Assembly: GCA_009602725.1 (NCBI GenBank)
Contig: WELB01000010.1
Coordinates: forward strand, 18,790 to 82,789
Reading direction: 5' to 3'
DNA: 64,000 nt
From: Spirogloea muscicola
Lineage: Eukaryota
Shown: positions 11,001-24,923 of the stretch, piece after piece
Position numbering within the stretch: the first letter of the stretch is position 1
Layout of the letters: the number at the start of each line of letters is the position of its first letter
The notes under the pieces: model-generated
What the model saw: only the letters and a program-made list of their open reading frames with translations
The model's database searches: none
Told to the model about the DNA's origin: nothing
Position numbers and translations under genes: made by a program

Positions 11001-14000
11001 ACTTGACATTGTCTTGTCCGCGGGGGGGCCCTTCCGAGCTCATGTGCTTACTTTCAATGCTTCTGTGAATGGTACCAATCTTCTGCTTTTAGCTCTGCTC
11101 TGCCCTGCTCTGCTTCAGACACTGAACTTCTACAGAATCAACATACCATCTGCTGCACATTTGATCTTGGCTAGCCAGAGGCAGCTGCATCTGCTGAGTA
11201 CCTCTCCCTGAATTCATCGGTCAGCGACTGGGCTGACCTTGCTGCCACAGCAACTGCTGTGCTGATCATTGCCATTGTCATCCAGATGGGCTGCTCTGTG
11301 TGGAGCTGTATGGGAGGGGCAGGCACGAGGAGCTGCCGGATGGTGGCCTCTCTGGCCCAATAATCTCAGCTCTGGAAGCGAGCCAGCTCACACCATTTCT
11401 GCCGCCGCCATCGCCGCCCCCGCAAGGCCCGCCGCCTGTCGCAGACAAGTCCAGCGCAGGGCAGGTGGGCAGCGCCGTTGGGCTCACCATTGGCGCTGTC
11501 CTAGGGCTGAGCGCGGCAGTCTTCATCTTTGTCTTCATTCGGCGGAAGCGCAAGAGCAAGCATGTGAGAAGCCTCTGCTGCAGGCCAGGCCCCAATGTCG
11601 CCGTGTTCTGCCTCCACGTGCAATTGCATCCGGTTTAGAGGCTACCTTGCATGGTGGCGGGCCTTGTAAAGGTGCCCTACCATCACATACATGAGCATCA
11701 TCACCTACTTCCATCAATCCCGTGAGCATGGAGGAACCATCTGAAGAGCTGCATGCTCCAGCTGGGCAGGATGTTTCGTCTGTGCTTGAGCTTGGTACAC
11801 GGTGCATTGCAGATGGAGAAGCATGGTAAAGGGGACATTGGGCCAACCTTCTACTCCTTCAAGGAACTGAGAGTTGCCACTGACAACTTCAGGTGCTCTT
11901 TGGATGCTGACCAGCTCAATTTTGGTGCTGCTTGATGCCAATTATTTCCATTGTGACTGCTTGGTCTGTGGGGTTGCCATCAAGCCGAAGTGGGAATAGT
12001 CTTGACTGAAGTTCACCAAGCAGTCCACGAGGGCAGGAGCCAGTGGACAACCCTCAGCAGAAGCTTTTGATGAGCCTTGCTTTGCCAAGTTGCTTGAAGT
12101 CTAAAGCATCCTTGGAATAGCTCACGGTCTTGCTTCACGGTCACACTTCTGACATTGTCATGTCAATCCCTCCCTCCAACCTTGCCCACCACTGGCACGG
12201 CTGCTCAGCGAGCAGAACCTGCTTGGGGAAGGAGGCTTTGGTTCAGTGTACAAGGGCGTGCTGCCAGGCAAGCCCAAGACGGTGGTTGCTGTAAAGTTGC
12301 TCAAGCGACCAACAGCAGCGAAGCGCAGCGAGCGCAACCTGATCGTAGAGGCCCTTCGCAACGAGGTCCTAATCATCTCGGCAGTTCGGCAGGTCTGTGA
12401 CCATGAGCCTCAACCATCTTCTCAGCTGCGCCTGACGGTCGCAGTATGTTGGTCGTAGCCCACTCCATCTGATGGATGGCATTCTCACCTTTGAGCTGCT
12501 GCAGAGGAACCTGCTGCGGCTGAAGGGGTGCTGCTTTGACGGCGAGAGCCCCATCCTCGTTTGCGACTTCATGCCGCGGGGTTCACTAGACCACCTGCTG
12601 GCTACCAGCACCCTCAGCTGGCCGCTACGCTTTAAAATTGTGCTCGGCATTGCCCGCGGCCTTCAATACCTGCATGAGGACTCACCGTACCGCATCATCC
12701 ACCGTGATGTCAAGGTGCGCCTACCACTTTTGTGCTCGCAGGCATTACAGGCATTTGTCCCGCTGCCTACTTTCGCCTGCCGTGAGATGCGATCTGAGTT
12801 CATCAAATGGTAAGGTAGATAAAATTACTGGATCAATGAAATTGTTAGGGAATACAGATTGTAGTATTGGATCTTTTGGGTATTGATTGCTCCTGCCCGT
12901 CTCCTACTTCACACATGGTTAGTCTTTCGACAGATTTATTGTGCATTGAATGCTGTCAAGGTCTCTTCTCAATGGTGTGCCTGATTCGAGATGAGCTCTT
13001 GACTATTTATGTAGTATAAGTAATCGCTAACCAACGAAGTCTACAGACCCAGTCGATGATCTCAACAGAGGATGTAAAATGCACGTCGTTGATATGTGGA
13101 AAGCAAAACCTTGCCTTGGAGAGATTCCTTGAAGATATGTATTGACTCTGATTCAAGTGCTTTCAAGCTCTAATCCAATCGGAACAATATAGGTCTGGCT
13201 TCTAACCCTTTCTGTGCTTGCTATGTGGATGCTGGCCAATCTGTCTTGGTCACTGCAGCCTGCGAACATACTTTTGGATGAGGATTGGACACCCAAAATT
13301 GCTGACTTTGGCCTGGCGAGGCTCTTTGGAGAGACAGAGACGTTGGTCATCACTTCCATCATGGGCACCCGTGGATACGTTGCTCCAGGTATGGCCCTCA
13401 TCTGTGAAGCGGGAGGCTTGTGCTGCATCGCCTCCTGTTCTGGAGCATATTCTCATAAGAGCTGAGGGCTGACTTTATAGCCACCTGCTTTTGCTTAAGT
13501 AGCCATGGGCAACCCCCAATGAGCCATTTTGTTGCTGCCTGTCTTGCAGAATATGCACTGCAGGGGCAACTGTCAGACAAGGTCGACGTGTATAGCTTTG
13601 GTGTGGTGCTGCTGGAGCTGGTGAGCGGAAGGCCGCCCGTTGACCATGCGAGGGCGCCTGATCGTGTCCTGCTTGTGGACTGGACGTGGGCACTGCTGCA
13701 AGAGGGTCGGCTCGCAGACATCCTGGACCGTGAGCTGCATGGAGACTATGCGCCGGACGAAGTTGTGCGTGCTGTCCTGGTGGCTCACTGGTGCACGCAG
13801 CAGAATCCTCTCTTGCGGCCTGCCGTCAGCCAGGCGCTGCTCATGCTCACTGGCAAGGTGGGCATCCCTGACCTTCCAGCACGCCGACTCTTTGACGAGC
13901 TACCTGATGTACCCAACCCATTTGCCGGCGACTTGTGGAAGTCACTCCTGTCTGCCGATCTCTCGAGCATGCGAACATCCTTCGATGCTGGTGCTGCGGC

Positions 14001-14046
14001 TGCAGATAGCTCAGGTTCTGGGTATCACACTCATGCTGCAAATTGA
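8083..14046 (+). CDS. LRR-malectin receptor-like Ser/Thr kinase (LRR-VIII-2-like), multi-exon
   Basis: Signal peptide (MRRPRG...[17 protein letters not shown]). Plant LRRs ([39 protein letters not shown]). Malectin domain ([39 protein letters not shown]). TM segment followed by RRKRKSK. Kinase motifs [58 protein letters not shown]; stop at 14046. Confidence 0.93.
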
Positions 14047-14805
14047 TCAGGACAGCAATTTGCACACCCAAATAAAATTCGGCTTCGTATAAGCAGTGTC
14101 ACAGCTTTACTGCTTCATTAATCTCAGTCGCCTCCCTAGCTGCATGACACTTGAGTGTCACCGTCGAAACATTAACATTCATTGCAGTTGCAAGATGATC
14201 GAGAACAACAAGCGCCCAAGTGTGAACCTTGTACCGCACACCTGGAATACTGTATTTTCATTATGAATGAGATGAAGCTTGTTGAACGTCAACATTATAC
14301 GTTGCTCCCTTTATGTGACCAATGTGTTAATCGGTTTGACTAATCTATCATGAAGATCCTAATAATATGACAGTATAATACTTTGATCAACTATGAGTGA
14401 ATAGAATATACACTTATCTATCTTATGGGGCTAGTGATCTGCACCCTAGATGACACTATCTTGACGCCAGAGTAGAAGCCAGGCTCCAAAGTTTGTGGAG
14501 ATTGCATCTACTACACCAATTACCACGGCTGGCTGCTGTTGTCTGTCGCCCTTCACTGCCGTCTTCATGGCAGGTGAGTTGCAGACAGTGCTCCTCAGTC
14601 TTGAGGGATGCACACTTGCGATGGTGACAAAGCTGCAACTGCTGCTGAGGACTGCTGAGAGTAACCTCCATGACAAGAAAGACGGCCAAGAGTATGGCCA
14701 TCCATACTAAATTGCGGTGCCAATAAGCCTAGAGTGCAAATTGCACTTTTGGACGTACAAGGTTGACTCTGTGAAAATCTTGAGAATCATACTGGCTTGT
14801 GGATG

Positions 14806-17800
14806 TCACTGGTAAGCCTGCAACTTGGGCTCCTTGGATCGGCTAAAGGGCTGCTGCCGATGGTGCTTGCTGCTGTCGCCCCTGTACTTGCTTAACAACG
14901 CCTTGCCCCACGTGAAAAGCAAACCCTCATGTGCCTGAGACGAAGCTAATGGAGAAGGGCCAACAGACGGTCGTCGTGGGCCGCGTGGAGGCCTGTCAAA
15001 GGAGCCCTCTCTTGATGATGGCTGCTCAGATGAGCAACTCGATTGTGCAACTTCCCGTGATGGCATGAGTATGGCCTTCAGCAGGCCGTTTAAATGGCTA
15101 CCCCATTGCAATGCAACCTGCACAGAGTCCAAATAGTAGAAAAGTTCATCAGTATGGCTGGTAAAGCGGGAGCAGCGGTGTCAAGACAAGGTCCCCTCCT
15201 CAAGGACATCACATTGCCGAGCCGTCCCCAGGTTGTTCAGTACTGTAGCAATGCCAAGACAGCATGCCCAGAAGCAGGATCAGGTTAGGATCTCCCAGGT
15301 CAAACATTGTGAATTTACACAAACCTGAGAGTCCTGCTTTGCTTCATAGACGTGGGGATGCAGTGCAACCAAATATCGTAGTTGGACAGGAGATGTACCT
15401 GTCATGCAGAGGGCTCACATTGTAAAGGGGGAGGAGAGGCAAAATGCTCTGTAATCATGACGCTCTCATAGTACTGATACACTGGCCTTGCCGGGGCCCA
15501 GAATATTGACCCAAAGTGTATTCCTTGACAGCTTGAATCATCATAGGAAAAGCAAGGTGATGCATGTGGTGCTTCCTATAAAGCACTGGGCACTGTGAAT
15601 GCACCAGTGCTCATCAATTTCAGGCTACACTATGCTGGTGGATACCTGAGACTCGCAGAAAGAGCCCTGAGCTGGTAGCCTCTGGAGTTTCGTCCACTTC
15701 ATCCAGTTGTTCAGGAGGCTGCTGCACATTGTTGGCTTTCAGAAAGTTCTGTTTGGCTGGAGAAAAGTATACATGGTCAAGCTAAGGAACGAATGGCATC
15801 CTGTGAACTGACGCCCAAGCAGTTGAGCAGACGCACAAGCACGAACCTGGGTAGGTGTCTCTCTATCTTTGAGCACCTCAATCACTCCCATCAGGAAAGG
15901 CTCCTGCCCATGCCACCAGTGCTGCAAACGAGCATACGCCATGGCTGCCGTGATGTCCTTAGCAAAGTGGAAGCTGTCAGTGCCATCCTTATCCAGCAGG
16001 TCGCCTATTCCTCCATGCTCAGCCCGAAGGACAGAATGCCATTTGTGCAGGGGCAGTGTCAGAATTGCAAATTCCGTGGCCTCCTCTTGCCGCAGCTTGA
16101 AGTTAGCCAGCTCCTCTTCCAGATCGTTGTTTACAAGTGCAACCTGCGCCCACACAACCCAATTCCATTTCCACCAGACCAGACGAGTGAGCAAGCTGGA
16201 GTACGAGCATAGATGTCAAGCAGGCCACCTAGGAGAGTGAGATCATGTTGTCCAGCCAAAGTACAACGAGGAGATCAAGATTCCCACCTGCAGCAGGCTT
16301 CCTTGGATAGGCAACCGCTCAGCAGCGGTCAATCGGTGAAGATTAAAGCGCAGGTTGAAAAGGTAATGCAACAGGTTTGCAGGCAGCAGCTGTGCTTGCA
16401 CTTGTTCTGGATCATCCTCCCTCACGTTTCCCAGCAAGAAGCCCTTCAAATCTTTGTCATTCCTGCACATGAAAAGGCCGCACTTTACTATACAGCATCT
16501 GGTGGAGATGGACCAGAATTACAGTCCTCAAGGGGAGATGGCAGGCTGAGACAGTATGCAGACCTGCAAGTGAGAAGTACAGGAAGAGGGGGAATTCGTT
16601 CAAGTAGGGCACGGACGACTTTGACGGCTTCCCAATCAGCAGACTGAGCTTCATTGTGAAGTACTCCATTCTGCTGAACCTCAGTATCAGCAAACACAGC
16701 AGCACAACCTGATGAAGTGTAACACACGGCAAACATGCATTCAGTTGAAACGAGTCTCATCAAGCAGCTTCCAAGATACTCATGAGAATGATATTCGTAA
16801 TCTTCAGTCGCGGAAAGACGTTGCCGCATGGTCTTTGCTTCTAAGTTACCTCAGCTATTTGTCGTGATATTGGAATTGAACGCGATGAGAACAAAGCAAG
16901 ACAGTCGGTTGCAGATGGCAAATGTCAAGAATGGTGTTGTGCTATTGCACATTTCGAGGCAGCGATACGCGCATAAAGGGCATACCTGACGGGGAGGCCG
17001 GAGAAGAGGGCACCGAAGACCAGGGCGAGGTTGTTGCCATTGACCACGGTGATGCTCCAGACATAGATGATCCAGAATTTGACCACTGCGAGTAGCTTGT
17101 GGATGGCGAAGCAACCTCAAGTGCCAGAGAAGAGCAGGCCACCTGTTTGCCTTTTCCGCTTGCCGGAACATATGTACTTTTGGGCAAGCAGCGGGTGGCA
17201 ATGGGAGCCAGACACTCTCCAGCCTGGTCAGCCTTCATGACACTTGCAGCGTCACTGAATGTAGTCGTTGTAGTTGCAGACACTGGTGTTGGGGGATCTA
17301 AGGACATGGCCTGCACTCGGTCCACTAAGGACAATGGAAATGACTGGAACGAAATCACTGCCCTTGGGCTCTCGGCTGCGGCCTGAGCCAAATCTGCAGC
17401 AACAGCGTATCATATAAATCTCCACTCATGGTCCATTAACTCCCATATTGATAAATCATTCACACTGCATGCAAATTGTCTTATTTGATCCTACTTGCCA
17501 ATCTGTGACACAACATCCACCTTTGGGAAATCAGCAGGACAACTGGTACTCACCAAGAATGAATGCCACCACCTCTTCACTTTGATTTACCAACTTGACA
17601 ATGTCCAGCCGTAGCAGAGATGTGCTTCCTGATAACCAATATGAAGACCACCTATCAAGTGTACAAATCATCAGAGCGTTTTTGGTCAGCCGTGACGTTG
17701 CCAGCCATTGCATAGCACAACCATTGCTTTGTGCGTCACTGAAATAATTACTTCTTCAGGGGCAATCATCATTGCCTCGTTCACTCTGAAGTACTACCTT

Positions 17801-20800
17801 GCTTCAGCTCTCTGAGCAGATAGGAGGGCACATATGATTGTTGCATTCTGCAATCATCCCAAGTTAGGCAAACATTGTCAAACCTTGGGAAGTGCTTAGA
17901 AGAAAGTCCATCCAGCCAATCAGCCTCAGATGAGCTCACCAGGGCTTCCTGTAAGACGAGAGGTTGACTGTCATAAGGAATGCAGAAGACACACGTCCCA
18001 CCTCAGTAATTCCCACCAAATGACGGACTACCTGAGAACACGATGCTCAGATCTCACCCGTATACAGGGGTTTCTTAGTTGCAGATGCACATCCAGCTGC
18101 CAGGAGAGGATTTTCCACTCACATTTGGCGCTTGTAGGGGGTGGTCTTGGCAAACACGGTTAAACTCCAGCTCACACTGCTTGCGATTGCATAGCTGCGG
18201 CACCATCACGATTGCACTTCAGCTCACAGGTGTATGTGCTTGCAGGCTGCTGGCTTGCTGCAGGCTAGAAAACTAGCCACAGTGGCTTGTATGAAGTGTA
18301 TCCAAGACATACACGAACAGACAACTGGTTCCACTGCGTCTTCACTTTATCGACACATCAACAAACAAAACTGAAGAGTCTCGTGAACAGAAGAAGGGTT
18401 CTAATCTGCTCATGCCAAAATACAAGCAGGCACACATCCTCCTGCATATCGAGACCTATCATCTAACATTGGCCACATCTTGCTGGATATTCCGCCACTA
18501 GATGCAGCCTGGAGGCACCTCACAGAGGATGTTTCACCTGAAAGCCTTCAGCTAGCAAGGGGCCCAGACCCTCTTGGACATCCGCTCCACAAGTAAGGCA
18601 TGTCTTCGCAAGGTGGATAATTCTCTCCCTGATCTTCTGAATGAGTGAGAGAAACAGATGCCCATATGGTGGCTGGAAGTGGGCTGTAAATGCACAAAGC
18701 TTCTTGTTACCCTCAAGGGATCTGAATGATAGCTCTCAGATCTTTCGCCTCATTCAAGCTATCGCCACACATCGCCACAAGAGCTACAAGGAAAGACAGC
18801 GGCGATAGCTACATAAGACCTGATTCAATGCCAGATCAGGTCTTGCTATCGCAAGAAGTTGTGGACATCTTTAAGTTAGTGTCATGAAGTTGACTTGACA
18901 GCATGGGGTGCATTGAAGTCCACAATCGAATCTTCCTGACCATCATATTCACACTTCTCCTTGACGTTGTCAAACAGGTGCTTTTGTGCTGTGACTTGTA
19001 GCAGGTGGAAGCCATAGGCGCATGGTGTAGTGGATGCTGCTCCTGGTTGATGAACAAGGACCGCTGGGAAATACCCAGCCTCTTCATTGTGCTCCATTGA
19101 GCAATTCAGAACTTCCCTCCAAGTAGTTGCTGCAGTCATCATAGAAGCACTCAGCTGGCCACATGGAAATAAGTGCACACTACTTGAGCAGTCGAAAATT
19201 TAGCCAAGTAGGCATTCTATTCTTGCACTGCCAACATTCTCAATAGAGAAGTGCTTAACTCATCAGAGCAGTACTACCTGCAAATTGATCTTCTGAGAAG
19301 GACAATGTGAAGGTAACTGGCCAACCCGGCTGCAATCCAAGGGCACCTGCTGGCCATACCAGCAGATTATACAGCTGCATATATCTCAAGGACAAAGCAC
19401 AGATGCATCTGTACACCTTGTACATGGCTCACTATCACTGAAGCAACATCCTCACAATCAAGTTGGAACACATCCACAACCTTGAAATGGACAGTGGCGT
19501 CTTAAGGGGCCAGAAGCACTGTCTCTTTATGGGCATCTCAACGATCAAGTTGCACTTGATGGCAGCTGTCACACATCCGTGAAGGTGTCGACCATGAAAC
19601 TGACCAGCTCTTTCTGTAATATGCTGTAGACCGACATCCAAAATCAAGTCCACCTTCTGGACTTCCCTATCAACCCTAACCTGGATCATGTTGTCTGCCG
19701 AGTGCGTTGTCTGCAAGTCAAAAGCAGTAGCAGCAATCCCCTGGTCAGTCTCTATGCAGATGATACAATCCCTGGGAGCATGGTGCAGACTTCACGAGGA
19801 ACTTGCAGTATCTTTACAGGCGCGTATTGTGATTACCAGCAACTTGCTTCCAGCAGCTGTGTCTTTCTCCAGCGTCCCTAGGAAGTTCCTCAGTAACTCA
19901 GCTCTCCTTGTGCTTTGCTGAGCAACAATTTCCTACGAGACAATCAGTGAGAGTACTTTTGTAAATTGTTTGCATCTGCAGTTTTCCATAGAGGACTAGG
20001 ACTTGATAGGGCACAAACTCTTTTGTTCCCAGTCCGCACACTTTGGCAGTGTTTCACAGGGATATTTCACTTTTCGTATCCTAGTAAAACATCGTCAAAC
20101 TGCACGCAGAGACCAAGCGCTTTCGAGCTTGCATGAAGCGCAGATGAGCAGGGGTTGCTTGCTAGGAAGCCAAGGCTGGGAGGAAGATAGTGGCTTTGCA
20201 AGAATAATAATCACTGTTTTGCACTTGCCAATGTTTGACGTATTCTCTCTCAGCAAGCAAAACTGAGCGACAAATCGCAGTCATCAAGAGAATGACAAGA
20301 ACATCCATCCAACCGGGTCAGGGGACCTACGTTATCGATTCTTCAAGCAAAGGAATGATGCCTCAGGCTCACATATGCGAAAGAGCAGATGGTTTCTTAC
20401 GTGCAAGGCAGTTGCCTCTCTGATGACAGCAGGAACACAGATATCACGAATGTCTCTGTGATCACCGGCGACGGCGGCCACATTCACCAGGTCATCCATA
20501 GTGACATCTGCGAGTCAAGATCACCATCATTTGCGCGAAGCTCTGTGGCACGGCGATAGGAGCAAGGAGATCTGGTCAAGCAGTTGAGAGACAGTTGGTC
20601 CAAGTACCGGCTCACAGCTTCCTGCCGTCTATCACGTAGAGCAAGCAATATAGGACAGACCTGCAACCCCGTCTGAATGAACTTGCTTAAGATGAGGCCT
20701 GCTGGCTGCTGAGAGGTAGTCGAGGTCGTCGAGGTCGATGGCAACATCTGCTGGGCGAGTGCTAATCTGACAATCACCAACCAGCTGCACACAGAGTGAG

Positions 20801-21758
20801 GCAGGTGCAAAGACAATCAGGCAAGTAGCAGCGCCACGTCCTCTTTTGTGCTACATTCGACTTGGGCGCTGCTGCATGCAAGGCTTGTCACAGGCTCTGA
20901 GGTTGGCGGAGGAAGCATGCCCAGGCTCTTGTAGCTGCAGCGTTCCAGAAGGCCATGGCACAGGATCCCAGCAACTAGCTCTCGTCGGACAGATCATGGG
21001 GACGGATACGATAGAACACTCGACTCACAGGAGGGAGGGTAGTAAGAGGACCACAGGGGAGCAAAGCAACAGGCCTTACGTCAGGTGCACTTGCATCCAC
21101 AATATCCAACACGTGGGCAAGGGTTCGCAAATTGTTGCCAAGGCTTTCGGAGAGCTGGTAGTTGACACGGGCCGCAGTGGGCTGCCCCTGCGGCGTCAGA
21201 GCCTCAAGTCGAAACACCCTGCAATGTGGCGGAGGCACATTTCCTTGTCAGAGACCACTCTACTGCCCTTCACTGCTCGATGTGTGCCGGACGTCCAGCC
21301 AAGCGAGGTTCGCACTGGAGTGTGTGCCCGGATCAGGAGGCTTCCAGTTATACGCTGCGGCAATTCTGCGCGACGCGCGGCGCGCTCGATAGCTGGATGA
21401 CTCGTGGCTGACTGGCCGGAGTGCTGCACGTCGCTCTGCCCGAGTCAGCCTTCGCCTGTGCCTGGGCTGGAGGCGGCGGAGAGGCCCGCTGGGAGTCGAG
21501 AGCAGGGCGGGACGGCCACGAGGCGGCGACTCACGCGCTGGCCTCCGGCGCCATCTCGAAGCGGCTGGGGACGCGGCGGGCCATGCGGCTGCCGTAGGCG
21601 GCGGGGACGTGCAGGCGCAGGGGCTGGCCGCCGAGCGCCAGGAGCACCTCGCCGGGCTGCACGCCCTGCACCACGAGCGCGCGCGCGCGGCCGGGCGCGA
21701 GCGTGGACAGCCACGCCGCGGCCTCCAGCTCCAGCTGCTCGCGTAGCAGCGCCGCCAT
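14806..21758 (-). CDS. PARP6/PARP8-like (clade 6) ADP-ribosyltransferase homolog, multi-exon, catalytic motifs degenerate; 3' end uncertain
   Basis: ATG at 21758 (MAALLREQLE...). Colinear exon peptides match recalled PARP6/8 blocks: KVDLILDVGL (~19640), PAVLVHQP (~19060), YGHLFLSLIQKIRERIIHLAKTCLTCG (~18590-18670), LCNRKQCELEF (~18170), EEVVAFIL/DLAQAAAESPRAVISFQSFP (17555-17340), LLHYLFNLRFNLHRL (~16350), ART-like exon 15847-16143. Confidence 0.7.
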
Positions 21759-22230
21759 GGCGGGCGGCGGGGGGGGCGGCGGCCGGAGCAGGGCAACCAG
21801 GAGAAAGCTCCCGCTGGGCCGGGCAGCCTGGAAGTGGGCCCAGGCGCCCACCGGAGGTGATTCTCCGAGCTGCCCGCCACGTGGGGGCCGCCCCTCCCAC
21901 GTGGCCACCGTCACCGTCGCGCCCTCGTTCCGTCGCCGCCGACGCCGGCTGTCGGCAGCGCCGCTGCCGACAGCTACGCTTCGTCCCCGCTTAAGCCCGC
22001 CGACAGCTAAGGATCCCCACCAGCCCCCGCCGCCGCCGCCGCCGCCGCCCCCGCCCGCGCCGCTGCCTCCGTGCTGGGCCCGNNNNNNNNNNNNNNNNNN
22101 NNNNNNNNNNNNNNNNNNNNNNNNNNNNNNNNNNNNNNNNNNNNNNNNNNNNNNNNNNNNNNNNNNNNNNNNNNNNNNNNNNNNNNNNNNNNNNNNNNNN
22201 NNNNNNNNNNNNNNNNNNNNNNNNNNNNNN

Positions 22231-24007
22231 GCCGCCGCCGGCCGTGGCCCAGCCCCCGGCAGCTGCCGGAGCCGCCGCTGCCACCGCCGCCGGCGGCCCT
22301 TTCAGCTTCTCGGCCGGCGCCGCGGCTGCCGCTCCCGTGGCTGCCGCCGCTTGCGGTGACAAGGCGGACGAGGAGATCCGGCGGCTGCAGGCGCAGGTGG
22401 AGGCCACGCGGCGCCTGGCGGCCAGCCTCAAGGGGCCGTCCCTTCCTGGCCAGGTTCTAGTGGCCTCCATCCTTCCAGCAGCTCACGGATTGACTGCATC
22501 CCGTGAGCTGCAATGTAGACTTAGTTGCCCCAATCTCGGCGGCCTGCGGAGCCAGCAGAGCCACTGCCTGACGTGCGACACTGCCGAGTGCTCTTCCCTG
22601 CGCAGATTTTGGCTGTCTATGCCGACATCCTCGAGTCGCTCATCACGGATGTGGCCGCGGAGGCCCACCGGGCCATCCGCCTCGGGCTGGACCATCGGCT
22701 CCACGCCAATGCCGACTGCGAGGACGAGGACAGCATCACGTTCTGGGGAGGCCAGGCTGCACGCCGGGCACAGGACGCCCAGATGGGCTGCAGCACTGAA
22801 GGCGGCAGCAAGCACGCGGTTGACGTCTTTGGCCAGAGCCACCCGTCCGTCGCCACCGACACCTTCCAGTGCCTGAATTGCGCGCGGCTCGTCACAGCCG
22901 GACGCTACGCGCCCCACCTTGAAAAGTGCATGGGCAAGGTCAGTGCTCAGCATTCCCGCTGCTAAGCCCGCCCCCAAACTTGCGTATGTGGCTCACCCGC
23001 TGAGTTGGCCCCCAACATGGCGGCTGAGTCCTCAGTGTTCTGGTTGAGCTGAATTGGGGCTGGGCACGTGCCATGGCAGGGCCGAAATGCGAGCCGTGTG
23101 GCAAATCGGAACCTCCACAGCCAGTCTCACAAGCGCCAGCGGGCCAGCCCTGCACCATCCACCTTGGTCGGGACGAGTGCTGCTGTCGTCGTTGCAGGAG
23201 CGGGCAACGTGGCCAACACGACTCCGGACCTCACCCCGGACGGCTCCCTTCACAGCAGCCAGGACTTGGGCGATGCAAGCTCCCAGGAGAGCCAGGACGA
23301 CGAGGCCAAGGTGAACGCTCGCTGCTCCAGTCACGACCTAGTCTGCCCAACTTCATCGACCATCCTGACCAGCACATCCACAAGAAGTAACATGGGCAGT
23401 TTCAGATTTGTAATATGCTTGGGGTGTACTTGCTGACACTTGGTTGTTCTTGGGTTGAGCATTGCCAATCAGGACATGTCGTATGGTCCACCTGCGCCCG
23501 GGAGGATGCAGCAGCAGCGGCGAAGTTCACTTGCACCATCCCGCAAGCCTCGATTAAGCTTGAACCACCACACCAACCTGCTGGCGTCTGAGCCTCCCAT
23601 ACCCGACTGGCAAGCGCCCAGCAGCACCGAAGACATGCCAGTTCGACTGACTGGTAGTTGCTTCTCTGCCGTCTTGCAGCCGCTTTCAGGGGTTGTCGTG
23701 TGGTCTGAGCATGCAGCAATTGACCTGCCTGCCCCAGGGTCCTGCGGACCTGCTGATGGCAGAGCATTCACTGTTGAGCTTGTAGGTAACAGCCTTGAAC
23801 CGGGAGTCCGAAGGAGCAAATGCGACACTGCCGTCACTGCGGTTGGAGAGAGGGACCGCAGCCCGTACCTTGCATCCCCCCAGGCCTCTGGCTGAGGGCA
23901 GGAGCAGCCTGCTTGAGGTGGGTAAACAAGGTAACCCGTCAAATGAAGCTTGGAGCACTCCTATTGAGCAGGCAGCGGAGACCACAGGGCCCGTGCTTGG
24001 TGCATGA
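22231..24007 (+). CDS. SGF11: SAGA deubiquitination-module subunit SGF11 (ATXN7L3-like); start near or in N gap, C-terminal exons uncertain
   Basis: Exon 22606-22938 encodes VYADILESLITDVAAEAHRAIRLGLD and VDVFGQSHP...FQCLNCARLVTAGRYAPHLEKCMGK, spliced to GRNASRVANR at 23080 (Sgf11 zinc finger). Confidence 0.88.
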
Positions 24008-24923
24008 CAACACCAGCATCGCACCGTAGCGGCCGCTCATCAGCAGCACGCATGTCCGCAAAGGGCAAACCGACATTGCAGCCTAGATCCACAGCCATTT
24101 TGACAGCCAGGAGGTGTCAGCCTTGGTTATTACTGACTCAGCACTGTTCCAGTATGAGACAGTCCTAGGTAGCCTTTATCTGGATAGAACCTAGATTAAA
24201 CAGGCTGCTGATTACTTCATTCTTTTCAAGGGCATCCACAGGTCTTCTTGCAAGCCAGGAAAACGCAATGATTACCGCTGGCTCGCTTAAAATCGTGAGC
24301 AATTCCCTTTTGGGCGCTGTCTTGTTTGCAGCCAGGAGTGCATATGCTGTTAAGACTGCCTTGTTGAATGCTAAGAGCAACAGTGAAGTAGCTGGTCAGC
24401 AGACACTACTGCGGCTGGAGGTCAATGCAGCGAATTCAGCCGGTTTAGAATGGCACGTCTTTGAGCAATGGGAAGTCTGAAGTGACGCGAGCATCACAAG
24501 TGTTGTACTCGAGACAAGGCTATGCCATGCGCAGCACAGTCCACCACTTGGTCGTCCCATGGATTGGTCACTAATGTAAGACCAGAGCTCAAGAGAGCAG
24601 CGCTCCTTTTCGCAACAGAGCTCAAGCGCGTAATAGAACATCCAAAATATCTGCATCGAACAATCTGCAGGTTCCAGCACTGCATCAGACGTGCCAGGCA
24701 ACAAAACCCCTACCAGCAACCTGCTATACATTGGTAGTGTCGGAGCTTTTGTGTGCCTTGCCTAAGCTGAAACACAGAAGCAGCTCGCAGAGCGCTTATG
24801 CTACAGCCCGCTCCTAGTCTCAACATCATTGTGCTGGAGTCACACCGTGCACAGCACACCAATGTTGTCCCTCTCATTGCATATGAGCAGAAGCATGTAA
24901 GACTGGCTCCATAGCTTGTGTGC

